Assembly: GCF_006345805.1 (NCBI RefSeq)
Contig: NC_043017.1
Coordinates: 13,640,001-13,704,000 of the forward strand
Reading direction: 5' to 3'
Source: Octopus sinensis
Taxonomy: Eukaryota
Length of the DNA: 64,000 nt
The notes beneath the pieces are model-generated. The model had not been told where the DNA came from, did not search any database, and saw only the letters and a list, made by a program, of their open reading frames with translations. The position numbers and the translations under genes are program-made. Below, one piece after another: positions 1 to 12,108 of the stretch (the stretch's first letter is position 1; every line of letters begins with the position of its first letter).

Positions 1-757
1 ACCCTTCAAGGTGGTGCTCCAGTATGGCTGCAATCAAATGACTGAAACAAGTAAAAGAGTATAAACCTCCATCCCACAAGCAATCAAATCTAGAAATATC
101 ACTGGGCATGGCTGTGTGGTTAGGGTGCTTGCTTCCGAGCTACATGGTTTCGGGTTCAGTCCCACTGCATGGCACTTTGGGTAGGTGTCTTCCACTATAG
201 CCTCGAGCCGACCAGAGCTTTGTGATTGAATTTGGTAGGTGGAAGTTACTGTGTGTATGTGTGCATATAGCTGCTCAGTGCCTCTCCGAAAGAGAGAGAG
301 GGTTTCATTCTACAACAGTTTGGAATTGGCAAAGTTGTTGTGATTACTGTTCAGGCTGTCTATGCTCTGAGTTCAAACCCTGCAGAGGTTGAGTGTCCTT
401 CACCATTTTTCTGAGAGGAGACATCATATCTGGCCAAACTCAACTTTGCATTTTATCACCCCTCGCTCCGGTCTCAATAAAATAAGAACCAACCATGTCA
501 AATACTTTGATTGATAGTAGTGACTAAACCCCTTCTGCCAAATTTCAGGCTGACAAGGCCATAGAAGAAAAGAGACAGGTTTGGAAAGAGTGGAAAAGCA
601 GGATGGGGTGGTGGCAAAGACCCCTATCAGGTAGCTAAAAGGGAAACTAGGCAATGTCTTACAGCATGAAGATCAGGCATTCGAGGTGCTTGGGGATTGG
701 TAGATAGTGTGTCAGAGAGAATCAAGATATGGGAAAAAGTGTGTGCTAATGGATAAT

Positions 758-1146
758 GTGTGGAAGCACTCCGTCGGTTATGACGATGAGGGTTCCTGTT
801 AATCCGAATCAACAGAACAGCCTGCTCGTGAAATTAACGTGTAAGTGGCTGAGCACTCCACAGACACGTGCACCCTTAACATAGTTCTCGGGGATATTCA
901 GCGTGACACAGAGAGTGACAAGGCCGACCCCTTGAAATACAGGTACAACAGAAACAGGAAGTAAGAGTGAGAGAAAGTTGTGGTGAAAGAGTACAGCAGG
1001 GATCACCACCATCCCCTGCCGGAGCCTCGTGGAGCTTTTTAGGTGTTTTCGCTCAATAAACACTCACAACGCCCTGTCTGGGAATCGAAACCGCGATCCT
1101 ACGACCGCGAGTCTGCTGCCCTAACCACTGGGCCATTGCGCCTCTA
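758..1146 (-). mobile_element. tRNA-derived SINE, family C (tail type 1)
   Basis: A box TGGCCCAGTGG and B box GGTTTCGATTCCC on the minus strand; 12-bp TSD ctaatggataat at 746-757 and 1147-1158. Confidence 0.9.
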
Positions 1147-1439
1147 CTAATGGATAATAGCATGTTTGCATTTATTGAGTTTTTTTAAAAAAGGAGGACT
1201 GGAGCAGCTACTGTGAAAGGCATTTAAATGTGAAGAATGAACGGGAGAAGGGCAGTCTTCCCCATGTGAACCCAACAGAGGAACCAGCTATCCTAGTTGA
1301 GAGATATGGCAATTAAAGATATGAAGACAAGGAAAGCCTCTGGTCCATCAGGAGTCACTGCTGAGAGGCTTAGAATATATGGTAGAGTAAGATATGGTTT
1401 AGTCACCTGTATAGTTAATCAGCTGCTACAAAGGGTAAG

Positions 1440-1824
1440 TGGAGGTGCAATGGCCCAGTGGTTAGGGCAGCGGACTCGCGGTCGTAGGATCACAGTTTTG
1501 ATTCCCAGACTGGGCGTTGTGAGTGTTTATTGAGCGAAAACACCTAAAGCTCCATGAGGCTCCGGCAGGGATGGTGGTGATCCCTGCTGTACTCTTTCAC
1601 CACAACTTTCTCTCACTCTTACTTCCTGTTTCTGTTGTACCTGTATTTCAAAGGGCCGGCCTTGTCACTCTCTGTGTCACGCTGAATATCCCCGAGAACT
1701 ACGTTAAAGGTACACGTGTCTGTGGAATGCTCAGCCACTTACACGTTAATTTCACGAGCAAGTTGTTCCGTTGATCGGATCAACCGGAACCCTCGTCGTC
1801 GTAACCGACTGAGTGCTTCCATCC
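1440..1824 (+). mobile_element. tRNA-derived SINE, family C (tail type 1)
   Basis: Same family as 758-1146 in the opposite orientation; 12-bp TSD acaaagggtaag at 1428-1439 and 1825-1836. Confidence 0.92.
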
Positions 1825-3477
1825 ACAAAGGGTAAGGGAGATGCCTGAGATAGAAGTAATTATAAGGGTATCAAATTGCTGGACCAGGTAATGAAAGTTA
1901 TGGAGAGAGTTATTGCCCAATTAATTATGAGCAAAATTAGACTAGATGAAGTGCAGTTTGGCTTTGTACCAGGGAGAAGCACTACTGATGCCATTTTCAT
2001 AGTCAGATAACTACAAGAAAAGTATTTAGCTAAGAATAAGCTGTTGTACTTTACATTTGTTGATCTGGAGAAAGACTTCGCCAAAATACCTTGTTCTATG
2101 ATATGGTGGTCTCTGAGGAAAGGCAAATGGCTTGTGGAAGCTGTATAGACCATGTACATGGGTGCTGTTAGTAAGGTAAGATTTAGCCATGAGTACAGTG
2201 ACAAATTTAGTGTACAGGTAGGTGTTCACTAAGGCTCGGTCCCTCCTATTCCTCACTGTCTTCCAGGCCATGACAGAATAATTTAAAACCTGCTGCCCAT
2301 GGGAACTACTGTATACTAATTATCTTGCTCTCATAGCAGAATCTGTAACACAACTAGAAAAGAAATACCAGGTGCAGAAGCAAAACTTGGAATTGAAGAG
2401 CCTTAAAGTTAATTTAGTAAAGATCAAGGTCTTAGTAAGCAAAAAATCTGACAGAAATCTTCAGGTAAGTGGCTCTGCTCAATATGTAAAAAAGATGTAA
2501 GCAGGAATTCCGCTCAGTGTATTCAGCGCAAACTATGGACACACAAGTGGTGCAGTGGAATAACAGGAAGGTTAACAGACAAAGTAGTGTTTGTATGTGG
2601 AAAACGTACAGGAACCATAAAGACTACAGATACATGGGAAATTAATTTTCTCAAAAGGCCCAGAGACTCTCTAGAAGTAGCAGATAATTTCTGCTACCTA
2701 GGTGATCATATTAGCAGTGGAGGAGGATGTACTGAAAGTGTAATTGCTAGAATAAGAATAGGATGGAGAAAGTTCAGAGAGCTTTTACCTCTGTTGGCAA
2801 TCAAAGGTCTCTGTTTTTGAGTGAAAGGAAGATAGTATGATGCATGTGTATAAACAGAAATGCTACATGGTAGTGAGATATGGGCCCTGAATGCAGAGGG
2901 TATGCAATGACTAGAGAAGAATGAAGCTGATATGCTCCACCAGATGTGCAATGTCATTGTCCATTGCTACTGTAGAGAAGTTAGGCAGAAGAGGAATTAA
3001 ATACAGTGTGCAAGAGAGAAGACTGCATTAGTTTAGTCATGTAATGCATATGGACAGTTGCATAAAGAAGTGCTGATCTCGTAAAGTGGATGGAAGTTGT
3101 GGAAGAGGGTGACCCAGAAAGACATGGGACGAACTATTGAAAGAGATGGCAAAGGACCAATGCATTATTGCATTATTAAGATGGCATGGTATGATTGGTC
3201 AGAGATTTGACTGTTATTTCTAGCAGGCTGAGCAATAATGCAGAGATTTATTACTGGTTATATTCGAAAAAGATCTTGATATTTTTAGCACAACTGCATT
3301 GAGGCTTGCATTGTTGTTTAACTGTTTAATGCAGAAATTGGATATATCCACTCAAAATTTCATTACCCTTAACAGCTGAAAGTAGTTTGTCTTTTGTTAA
3401 GAAATGCCATGTTTGAAACTATTTTTGTTGAGATATATCAAGTTTAGGGAAGGCACATGGCTTGGTGGTTAGGGTAT

Positions 3478-3711
3478 AAAGGCGGCAAGCTGGCAGAAAC
3501 GTTAGCACGCCGGGCGAAATGCGTAGCCATATTTCGTTTGTCGTTACGTTGTGAGTTCAAATTCCGCCGAGGTCGACTTTGCTTCTCATCCTTTCGGGGT
3601 CGATAAATTAAGTACCAGTTACGCACTGGGGTCGATGTAATCGACTTAATACCTATGTCTGTCCTAGTTTGTCCCCTCTGTGTTTAGCCCCTTGTGGGTA
3701 ATAAAGAAATA
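3478..3711 (+). mobile_element. Young tRNA-derived SINE, family B, nested in an older SINE (about 3450-3990)
   Basis: Head agctggcagaaacgttagc...gagttcaaattccgcc; body gactttgc..tcatcctttcggggtcgataaattaagtaccag; 11-bp TSD ggttagggtat at 3467-3477 and 3712-3722. Confidence 0.88.
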
Positions 3712-4344
3712 GGTTAGGGTATTCAGCTTGTGGTTGTAAGGTCATATAAGTTCAATTCTCAGCAGTAAGTTGTGACCTTGAGCAAGACACTTTATTTCAT
3801 GTTGCTCCAATCCACTCAACTGACAAAGGTGGGTAGTACCTGTAATTCAAAGGGTCAGCCTTGTCACATTCTGTGTCATGCTAAATATTCCTGAAAACTA
3901 CGTTAAAGGAACGCATGTCTGTGGAGTGCTCAGCCACTTGCATGTTAATTTCATAAGCAGGCTGCTCTATTGAACAGATCAACTGGAATCGAAAGAGTGC
4001 TAAATATCAAGTTTAACTGAAGCACCATGAGTTGCAGAAAAAACCAATTCTGTTTCTTAGTAGACTTCATTATTAAGACTTAAAGACAACAGGGTTTGAT
4101 TTGAAGGTAATTTTTGGACAATATTTCTCGCAAGCCAAGTTATTTCAGACTAATTAATAAGGTTTCCTCTTAAATTAGTTGATTGAAAAGTTGTTAGTTA
4201 CCACTGTTGATTAATTATTATGATAAGAAAAAAAAAAAAATCCAAGTTGAATAAATATGGTAAACATAAACAAGAATAAACAGAGAGGTAACTGTTGAAT
4301 AGGATTAAGGAAGGTTGGCTAAAAAAGCAATGTCTGTGTCTGTA

Positions 4345-5010
4345 CATGTGTGTGTGTATGCACACACACACACACACATATGTACATTAGTGTGTGTGTG
4401 TGTGTGTGTGTTTATGTGTGTGCGCGTGCACGCAAATATAACTGGAAGGAAGAAGCAAATGTTTTCTTCTTTCAGATTCCAATTTTAGGAACCTGATAAT
4501 AACAGGAAAAAAATACTTGGCTAAAAATAAAACAGCAACAACAGCAGCAGAAGAAGTTCTTCCTTTTTGATTTGGGCAAAATATTTGACAGGATCCTACA
4601 GAATGTGGTTTACGTAGCAATTCACAAACATATATACACACATACAAAAAAGCACATACAAATATACATAAAAGTACATAAATACATATACAGACATGCA
4701 AACATACATATAAGTACATACATACACAATCATCATCATCATCATCATCATTTGACGTCTGTTTTCCAGACTGGTATGAACTGGATGAAAAAAAAATTCT
4801 CGGAGAGGCTGCGGAATGAACCCTGGGCCTTTTACTGATACATACAAATATATATATATATATATAATTACATACATACATACATACATACAAATACATA
4901 CATACATATACATACAAATACATGCATACATACATACATCCATCCATACATACACCACCATATCTGCACAAAGACACATACATAAATGCATATAACAACA
5001 CACATACATA
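4345..5010. repeat. (TG)n/(CA)n/(CATA)n microsatellite-rich region
   Basis: Several simple-repeat tracts separated by unique and RTE-tail segments; source of spurious ORFs 4387-5001 and 4596-5021. Confidence 0.8.
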
Positions 5011-5199
5011 TGTGTAAGCATGTATACCTTAAATTAGAAATGTCTTTAGCAACAAGGTGAGAAAGAAGCGTAACTTTTGTACACAAAACAAATTTGTTAT
5101 TAAAAAAATAAAATGTGATTTATTAGATAGGAGTTGAAGGAAAGCAAGAGCTTATTGTCAGAGAATGAAACAAAGTTATTTGACTTTCATGGGTTCCAG

Positions 5200-5465
5200 C
5201 AGAATGACTTGCTAGAAGCATGGAACAAACTGCCGGCATCAGTTGTTAGTTGTTGGAGCACTGCATCCTTCAAAACTTCCATGCTTTCTGAGATTCGCCA
5301 ACACTACACCTGATTTTCTTCACTCCATACACACGCAAGCATATATCTGACTCATACACTGTTCGCTTTCCAGACATTTGTACATTACTGCATACACTTT
5401 ATACGCACTTTCTGACAAGTTGTGGTGCACGTGAGCACTGTATACAATAATTTCATTATTATTAT
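5200..5465 (+). mobile_element. CR1/L2-type LINE 3' end
   Basis: EAWNKLPASVVSC..ASFKTSM motif, 3' UTR stem gtgc-ac(g/c)tga-gcac and (ATT)n tail; same family as 46241-47172 and 50708-51290. Confidence 0.85.
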
Positions 5466-7075
5466 ATGGATTACAGAAACAAATAAGGGTAGGATTAGCT
5501 GAGTGGCTATGAAGTTTGCTAAGCAATCAGATGGTTTCAGGTTCAGCCCCTCTGCATGGCACCTTGGGCAAGTGTCTTTTACTAAAGGCCTGGTTGATCA
5601 ATGCCTTGTGAGTGAATTTGATAGACAGAAGCTTGTGTGGAAACCTGTTATCATCATTATCATCATCATTTAGTGTCTGTTCTCCATGCTTGCATGAGTT
5701 GGATGGTTTGGCAGGATCTGAGGGGCCCAAAAACTGCATTGTACTCTAGTGTCCACCTAGGTGTGGTTTCTATAGCCAAATGCCCTTCCTAATGCCAATC
5801 ACTTTACAGAATCTATGGGCGTTTTTTTATGTGGCACCAGCACCAGTGAGGTCAGCAAGTAACTTGCAAGACATGACCCCTTGACTGGGTGGGGTGAGTA
5901 GTATTGAAAGAGGTGGCTTTATCCCAAGTGATGAGGGGTTAAACTATGATAGGACAGAATCAGGTGTCTTGCTGTAGAGGAAATACATGGTAACTCCAAT
6001 TGGAAAAGAGAGAGGAGAGAGAGAAAATGTTGGTCAAGGTGTATCAAGGTGTATCCTCAGGTTACATGGAAGTGAATATAAGTGAAATGGTGAGTGGGGA
6101 GGTAAGTTTGTGAAGGTGTGGAAAGTATAGAGGGGGAGGATAATGCAGTGCATGGTGAACACAGGTAGAGCAGTGCAGGGGATGAAGAAGGGAGAGACTC
6201 ATCAGGGATAGATTGTGTGCAGGAGCATGTGTGTGCATGCATGTATGTGTGTGTGTGTGGGTGTGTCCTTCTCCAGGTTTGATCGCAATCAGTTTCTTCT
6301 AGAAAGAGAGACACACAGACAAAAAGAAGTGAGAGAAAGAGAATTGACCCCAGTATAAGACTGGTATTTTACTGATCCTAAGAGGATCAGAGGCAAAGTT
6401 AACCTTGGTGGAGTTGGAACCAGAGTGCAGAAAACTGAAATGATTACACCACAGCAATCTGTCACTTTAACCACCCATTGGCCATGCATATGCCGGTGTA
6501 GTCCTGCTGGCCATGGTGAACCAACTAGGTTTTATTCTGAGCATGCTTTCTTTATCCCACCTTTTCTAGAGGCTTCCCCCTCCAAGCCAGGCAGTGCTCC
6601 CTGAAAAGGGCTATCTAGACACTCACACTACTGTCTCAGCCTGCTGGTGCTCAAGGTTCAGCACTGTGACTATCGAGAGTGGGCCACCCGTGTGCCAAGC
6701 TCTTGATGCCAGCTTCCAGTTACTTACTCCGACCACTGTTACATTCATATATAGGCAGGTATATGTATGTATATGTATATATGGTTCATAAATATATGTA
6801 CATGTATAGTTAGGCATGTACATGTATAGTTAGGAATATATGTGTACATGTATAAGTAGATAACTACCTGCTTGATCAATCTGCTAGAAACAGCAATCAG
6901 ATCTCCCTCAAATTCCACCTCCTGCCTTGAAAAGAAAAAAACAAAAAAGGAAGGCTACTTTATGCTAGATAATGTAGCCTAGGATATAAAAAGCAAAACA
7001 GGGTGGTTACAGCTGACCATAAATCTTTTGGCTCTCTGCCGACCTTTCGCAAAACAGAAACTACAACTTACACAG

Positions 7076-7106
<31 letters not shown>

Positions 7107-7823
7107 ATGCACTGTATAAACAGAGTTTAATTTCTCTGTTAAACAAGAATATTTTCTCAGACGTTTGTTATAAACATCATTAGATTAATTTAACAGCCAA
7201 TAATTAATGAATATAGCAGGGAGGAAAAAAACTGTGATGGTAGAGGAGTATATTAAAATAGACATGATGCAGTTCAACTTTGTACAGGGAGTTTCTACAT
7301 GGTCACTCAGCTTGTTAGAAATAGCAACCAAATTTCTTCCAAAGCATGACCTTCTGTTTTGATACAAAGTAAGGGAGACCTTATTAGTATTTTTAGCTGG
7401 AACTAGCAACCACACAAAGGCCCTCATAGCTAATCAAGTTGTGCAGTATGATGAAGCTTTTTGCAACTGACTGATAACAACAGTTAGAAACACAAAGTCA
7501 AGTGTTTTACATTGATAAAAGAGCAATTACTAAGAAATGAAGTAAATAGTTGAAGGTGATAGAAAGTGATATGGCTACAAGATAATGCAAGATAAAGATG
7601 AGGTGGAGAGAGGGATTGAGTCAGATTTGTACTTAATTTTTAGATTTGAAATCAAAGATGCCACATTGCAAATGAGGAAAGTTCTTCACATAAACATTAC
7701 AATGATAAATATAGAGACAAGCACAGCTGAGTGGTTAAGAAGCTTACTTCACAGCAACATAGTTCTAAGTTCAATCCCACAGTGGAATACCTTGAGTGAG
7801 TGCCTTCTGCCACAATCAGTTAA

Positions 7824-8049
7824 CCCTTTCGTTACTGTATTTATTTTGATAATCTCTGTGTTTCTTTCAATTACTTTAAATATGACAAAGAATTTAGTAA
7901 AATAACTTAGTTATTATTAAGTTAGTGTTAGGAACATAAATTGTGACTAAGGTTTGACTAAGGTGGAAGATTTTAATTCAAAACTTATGAAAACAAGACA
8001 TTTGTACTCAAAGCCAGAGCTGGTTTCAGCTGGGTTGGTAACGAAAGGG
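7824..8049. mobile_element. piggyBac-like MITE
   Basis: TIRs ccctttcgttac / gtaacgaaaggg flanked by TTAA at 7820-7823 and 8050-8053; a partial copy starts at 34971. Confidence 0.85.
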
Positions 8050-8214
8050 TTAAACATAGAGGTTTTAAAGAAGCTCAATGGATAGCCCTGTGTATTTGTT
8101 TAATGTCTGTTTTTTTCCTGCTAACATGAATTTGGATTTTGTGGCTGTTAACAAGTAACCTGTTAACAAGTAACCTGTTAACAAGTAACGGTTTTTTTCT
8201 TCTTTTTATTCTAG

Positions 8215-8303
8215 AGGCCTTCAAAAGTGCAGATCAACTGGTTATATCAACAAAGGATGACAAACTCATCACAGTTTTGCTCCACCAGTGCTTATCAACA
8301 TTT
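8215..8303 (+). CDS. Candidate internal exon of an unidentified gene
   Basis: Long polypyrimidine tract plus TAG at 8214; GTGAGC donor at 8304; two open frames (AFKSADQLVISTKDDKLITVLLHQCLSTF or RPSKVQINWLYQQRMTNSSQFCSTSAYQH). No recognised homology. Confidence 0.3.
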
Positions 8304-8414
8304 GTGAGCATTTATACATAGATACATGCAAGAAAACCTGCATAATCTCTTAAATAAATATAACCCTTGCCAGAATTAGAATTCCTATGAAGAACAAATA
8401 CACGATATCTGCTG

Positions 8415-8718
8415 AGACCTCCTTCGGTCTTGACTGACCATGGGATTGCACCTAGAAAGTTACCCTCCCAGGCGCAAGTCCAGGCAAGGTTGTTTATGGA
8501 AGACCAGCAGTCGCCCATACATACCAGCCTCCCTTCTCCACAATACCAGTGTTATCCAAGAGAAAGGCAAAGGCCAATACAGCTTGGCACCTGTGACGTC
8601 GCAACGTGAAATAAAGTGTCTTGCTCAAGAACACAACACGCAGCCCGGTCCGGGATTCGAACTCACAACCTCATGATCGTAAGCTCGACGCTCTAACCAC
8701 TGAGCCATGCACCTTCAC
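8415..8718 (-). mobile_element. tRNA-derived SINE, family D
   Basis: A box TGGCTCAGTGG, B box GAGTTCGAATCCC, central tgttcttgagcaagacactttatttcac. Confidence 0.85.
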
Positions 8719-8887
8719 ACACAATATCAATGTATGATATATACAACCTTAAACTAAGGAACCAAGAAAGCGTTAAACAAGTCGAACCCTTTAGCATTCA
8801 GATTACTCTGCCAAATGTAATGCTTATTTATTCACATTCCTTTGAATTCAGCATGCATTATCTCATAGCGTTGACATTTCAATGATA

Positions 8888-9108
8888 TTACTCTTTTACT
8901 TGTTTCAGTCATTTGACTGCGGCCATGCTGGAGCACTGCCTTTAGTCGAGCAAATCGACCCCGGGACTTATTCTTTGTAAGCCCAGTACTTATTCTATCG
9001 GTCTCTTTTGCCGAACCGCTAAGTGACGGGGACGTAAACACACCAGCATCGGTTGTCAAGCAATGCTAGGGGGACAAACACAGACACACAAACATATACA
9101 CACACACT

Positions 9109-9154
<46 letters not shown>

Positions 9155-9322
9155 TATATACGACAGGCTTCTTTCAGTTTCCGTCTACCAAATCCACTCA
9201 CAAGGCATTGGTCGGCCCGGGGCTATAGCAGAAGACACTTGCCCAAGATGCCACGCAGTGGGACTGAACCCAGAACCATGTGGTTGGTTAGCATGCTACT
9301 TACCACACAGCCACTCCTGCGC
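8888..9322 (-). mobile_element. Full-length tRNA-derived SINE, family A, with internal (TA)n
   Basis: Head gcaggagtggctgtgtggtaag..ggttcagtccc, tail gactgaaacaagtaaaagagta; near-identical to 35567, 48003, 54612, 58035 and 63540. Confidence 0.92.
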
Positions 9323-9719
9323 TTGTATATTTTGAGAATGACATTGCCAATTAGGTGTGAGAGGCTGGATCTGGTCAGTTTGAACATAAAACAGAAAGAA
9401 TATTTGGGCTGGTTTAGAATTTCAATGAAGGACACTCAGAATCAAAGGGACACAAGATTCATAGTTAACAACACAAAGGAAAAAAATGGGCTTCCTGCAG
9501 TTTCCATTTACCAACTTCCCTCACAAGGCATGAGTCAGTAGATATCTATAGCAGCAGGCATTTACTTAAGATAATGTGCAGTCACACTAGAGCCAAAGTC
9601 ACATAATTAAGAAGCAAACATCTTGACCACTGAACCATACCTGCTTCCCCATTTATTTTCATTTGTTTTGGTACACTGAATAGGTACACTGCACATCCCT
9701 GCACTTGTAAGAGGTGACT

Positions 9720-10083
9720 TGTGTCCCCAAAGTCCATCCCCTCCTCACCATGGTGGGGACGCTGGCAACGGGTAGTGTCAGAGCTATGCCGTCAGGAACT
9801 TCGGCTCCTGGTAGGGCCGCCCAAGGCAGATTGGTCTAACACCGAGTGGTATTAGGGCCACAACCCAGCAGATTCTGGTGAAAATCCTCGGAGTGTCTGT
9901 TTCGGCAACTGGCGGCTCCTCGGTCGTTCTGTCCCTGCGTCTGCGGACAATCTGCGGCAAACAGGATGTCGCTACACACGGGATTGTTGGGGACCGCTCG
10001 TGAAATCCACATATTCCCACGAAACTTCTTCCAAGGAAGAAGCCGACTCAACCTGCCCAGGGTGAATGTCGCCACAAGTACAA
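9720..10083 (-). mobile_element. GC-rich insertion resembling an RTE-type 5' UTR, with 13-bp TSD
   Basis: Direct repeat gtaagaggtgact at 9707-9719 and 10084-10096; minus strand carries ctgccttgggcggccctaccaggagc..gacggcatagctct, which resembles RTE 5' UTR motifs (recalled, not verified). Confidence 0.6.
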
Positions 10084-10204
10084 GTAAGAGGTGACTAAGA
10101 GTTGGCAACAGGAAGGACAGATGTAAAATTGATGTCTATGATGAATTCCTTTATTCTTTTACTGGTGTCTGACATTCGGCTGTGACCATATTGTTGTTGT
10201 TTGT

Positions 10205-10543
10205 GACCCCCTTCGGTCAGACACTGACCATGGGTTTGCACCTAGAGAGTTACCCTCTGAGGCACAAGTCTGGGCAAGGTTGTTTTTTTTTTGGAAGACC
10301 AGCAGTCACCCATGCATACTGGCCTCCCCTCTCCATGTCACCGATGTTGTCCAAGGGAAAGGCAAGGGTCGATACAGCTTGACACCTGTGACGTCGCAAC
10401 TCATTTCTACAGCTGAGTGAACTGGAGCAACGTGAAATAAAGTGTCTTGCTCAAGAACACAAAACGCAGCCCGGTCCGGGATTCGAGCTCACAACCTCAC
10501 GATCGTAAGCTCGACACTCTAACCACTGAGCCACGCGCCTTCA
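10205..10543 (-). mobile_element. tRNA-derived SINE, family D
   Basis: Same family as 8415-8718. Confidence 0.85.
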
Positions 10544-11723
10544 CTGTGACCATACTGGGAAATTAATTGGGCAATTTGAAATAATGACAGAGAAAAATTT
10601 CCCAGGTAATATTCTTCTTTCATGGCAAAGGTGGTAGCCTAGCAGAATTGTTATCACACCAGGCTAAATGCTTAGTGACATTTCATCCATCTTCGTGTTC
10701 TGAATTCAAATTCTGCCGAGGCCTACTTTGCCTGTCGTCCTTCTGAGGGTTGATAAAATAAGTACCACTTGTGTACTGGGGTAGATGTAATCGACTTGCC
10801 CTCCCCTCCCCTGAATTTGCTGGATTTGTGCCAAAATCTGAAACCAATATTTTCTCATGGCAAAACAAGTTTTTTCATGGAAGGCTGCACAGAAAGGGGA
10901 TCTGGCCACAGAAAATCTGCCTTACCAAATTCTGTCAGGTCCATGCCAGCATGGAAAATAAACGTTATGACGATGATGATGATGACAACATGTTGCTTTC
11001 ATTTTATAATAGGAAGTCTGGAGGAAGTTTTTATTTTTTTAGAAAACGTATGGCTTCGACAAGATGAACTAAATATTTATGAAAATGCAACCACCTTGGC
11101 AAAAAAGGAAAGAGCAGATACTGAAACCAAAAAGCTACAAGCCTTCACACCAAGGAATGAGAATCATTCTGCCCACAGACAAAATTACACCACATTAATT
11201 TTAGAAACCACTACTTAAGAAAGCTTTTTTTTTTTAATACATTAAAAAAAAAAATCAGTTTTAAAACTTTTAAGGCCAACCAAAACAGAAATTTAATACA
11301 AGTTACTTCCAATTCTTCATAAAATTATTTAAAGTATTACGTGACTATTTAATTAATGGAATCATAATATTTTAATTAATGTTGCTTAATTAATATGATC
11401 ACTTCCATACTTACGAATTTATAAAATTTAAGATTCGTGATTTTTCTCTGTTACAGATGTGACAGACCCCCAAGAAGGTCTTATACACTTGAAATTTCTA
11501 CCATCTTCACCACCATCACCACTACCACTAGTAACAAAAAAAAAAAATGTGTCCCCTCCCTGATCCTGTTATACATGTCATTCAGCCAGCAAGAAACAGC
11601 AGCTGAATCTCTCCTGATACATAGCCTACCATCTTAAAATAGAAAAGGACACATTGGATGATTTTGTGGACACACTGTATCTGAAATAAAAAGCATTTTC
11701 GATCACAACAATAATGCCTTCAG

Positions 11724-12108
11724 GGATCTTTTCGGTTTGAACGGCAGTTTTTCTAGCGGTGTCGTATGAAATTGTCACCCATAATTATGACCCTAGTATC
11801 GATCTATTGCATTTCAATCTGTTTTAGGGTTAGGGTTAGTTAGGGTTAAGGGGTGGGGGGAAGGGTATTTTTTTTTTTCCAGAAATGTAAATAAACCCAA
11901 TCTGTTTCTTAAACGAGACGTCATTGATTGGTTGAAATTGCAGAAATTGAAGGGAAAAAACAACAAATATCTTACAAACTATAGAATTTTCTCAATAAAG
12001 CCAAGAGAAAAGATGTTTTATAACACATTCTACCAGTATACGAAGTTTAAAAGTGTTTAGTTGCGTGGAAATTATTTTTAAAAACTGTCGTTCAAACCGA
12101 AAAGATCC
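11724..12108. mobile_element. MITE with GG..CC ends and 8-bp TSD (Merlin-like, family M2)
   Basis: TIR ggatcttttcggtttgaacg / cgttcaaaccgaaaagatcc; TSD gccttcag / gcctttag. Confidence 0.85.

Larger units (their letters stand above)
545..3185 (+). mobile_element. Decayed RTE-clade non-LTR retrotransposon (RT region), interrupted by two SINEs
   Basis: Translates, with stops and frameshifts, to RTE-like motifs: DKAIEEKRQVWKEW, MAIKDMKTRKASGPSG, YKGIKLLDQVMKVMERV, QFGFVPGRSTTDAIF, FVDLEK, FCYLGDHISSGGGCTESVIARIRIGWRKFRELLPLL. End points approximate. Confidence 0.88.

Noticed and set aside
1440-1510. tRNA-like sequences (SINE heads throughout)
   Set aside because: A/B boxes are present, but they run into SINE bodies with TSDs and lack a full cloverleaf.
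7072-7111. 40-nt minus-strand micro-exon (poly-Ser) with AG/GTAAGT
   Set aside because: Mostly trinucleotide repeat with no partner exons.
11042-11218. Protein-like frame ENVWLRQDELNIYENATTLAKKERADTETKKLQ
   Set aside because: Phase does not fit neighbouring candidate exons; no donor; no recognised homology.
11826-11852. TTAGGG repeats as a telomere
   Set aside because: Only a few units, internal to a MITE.
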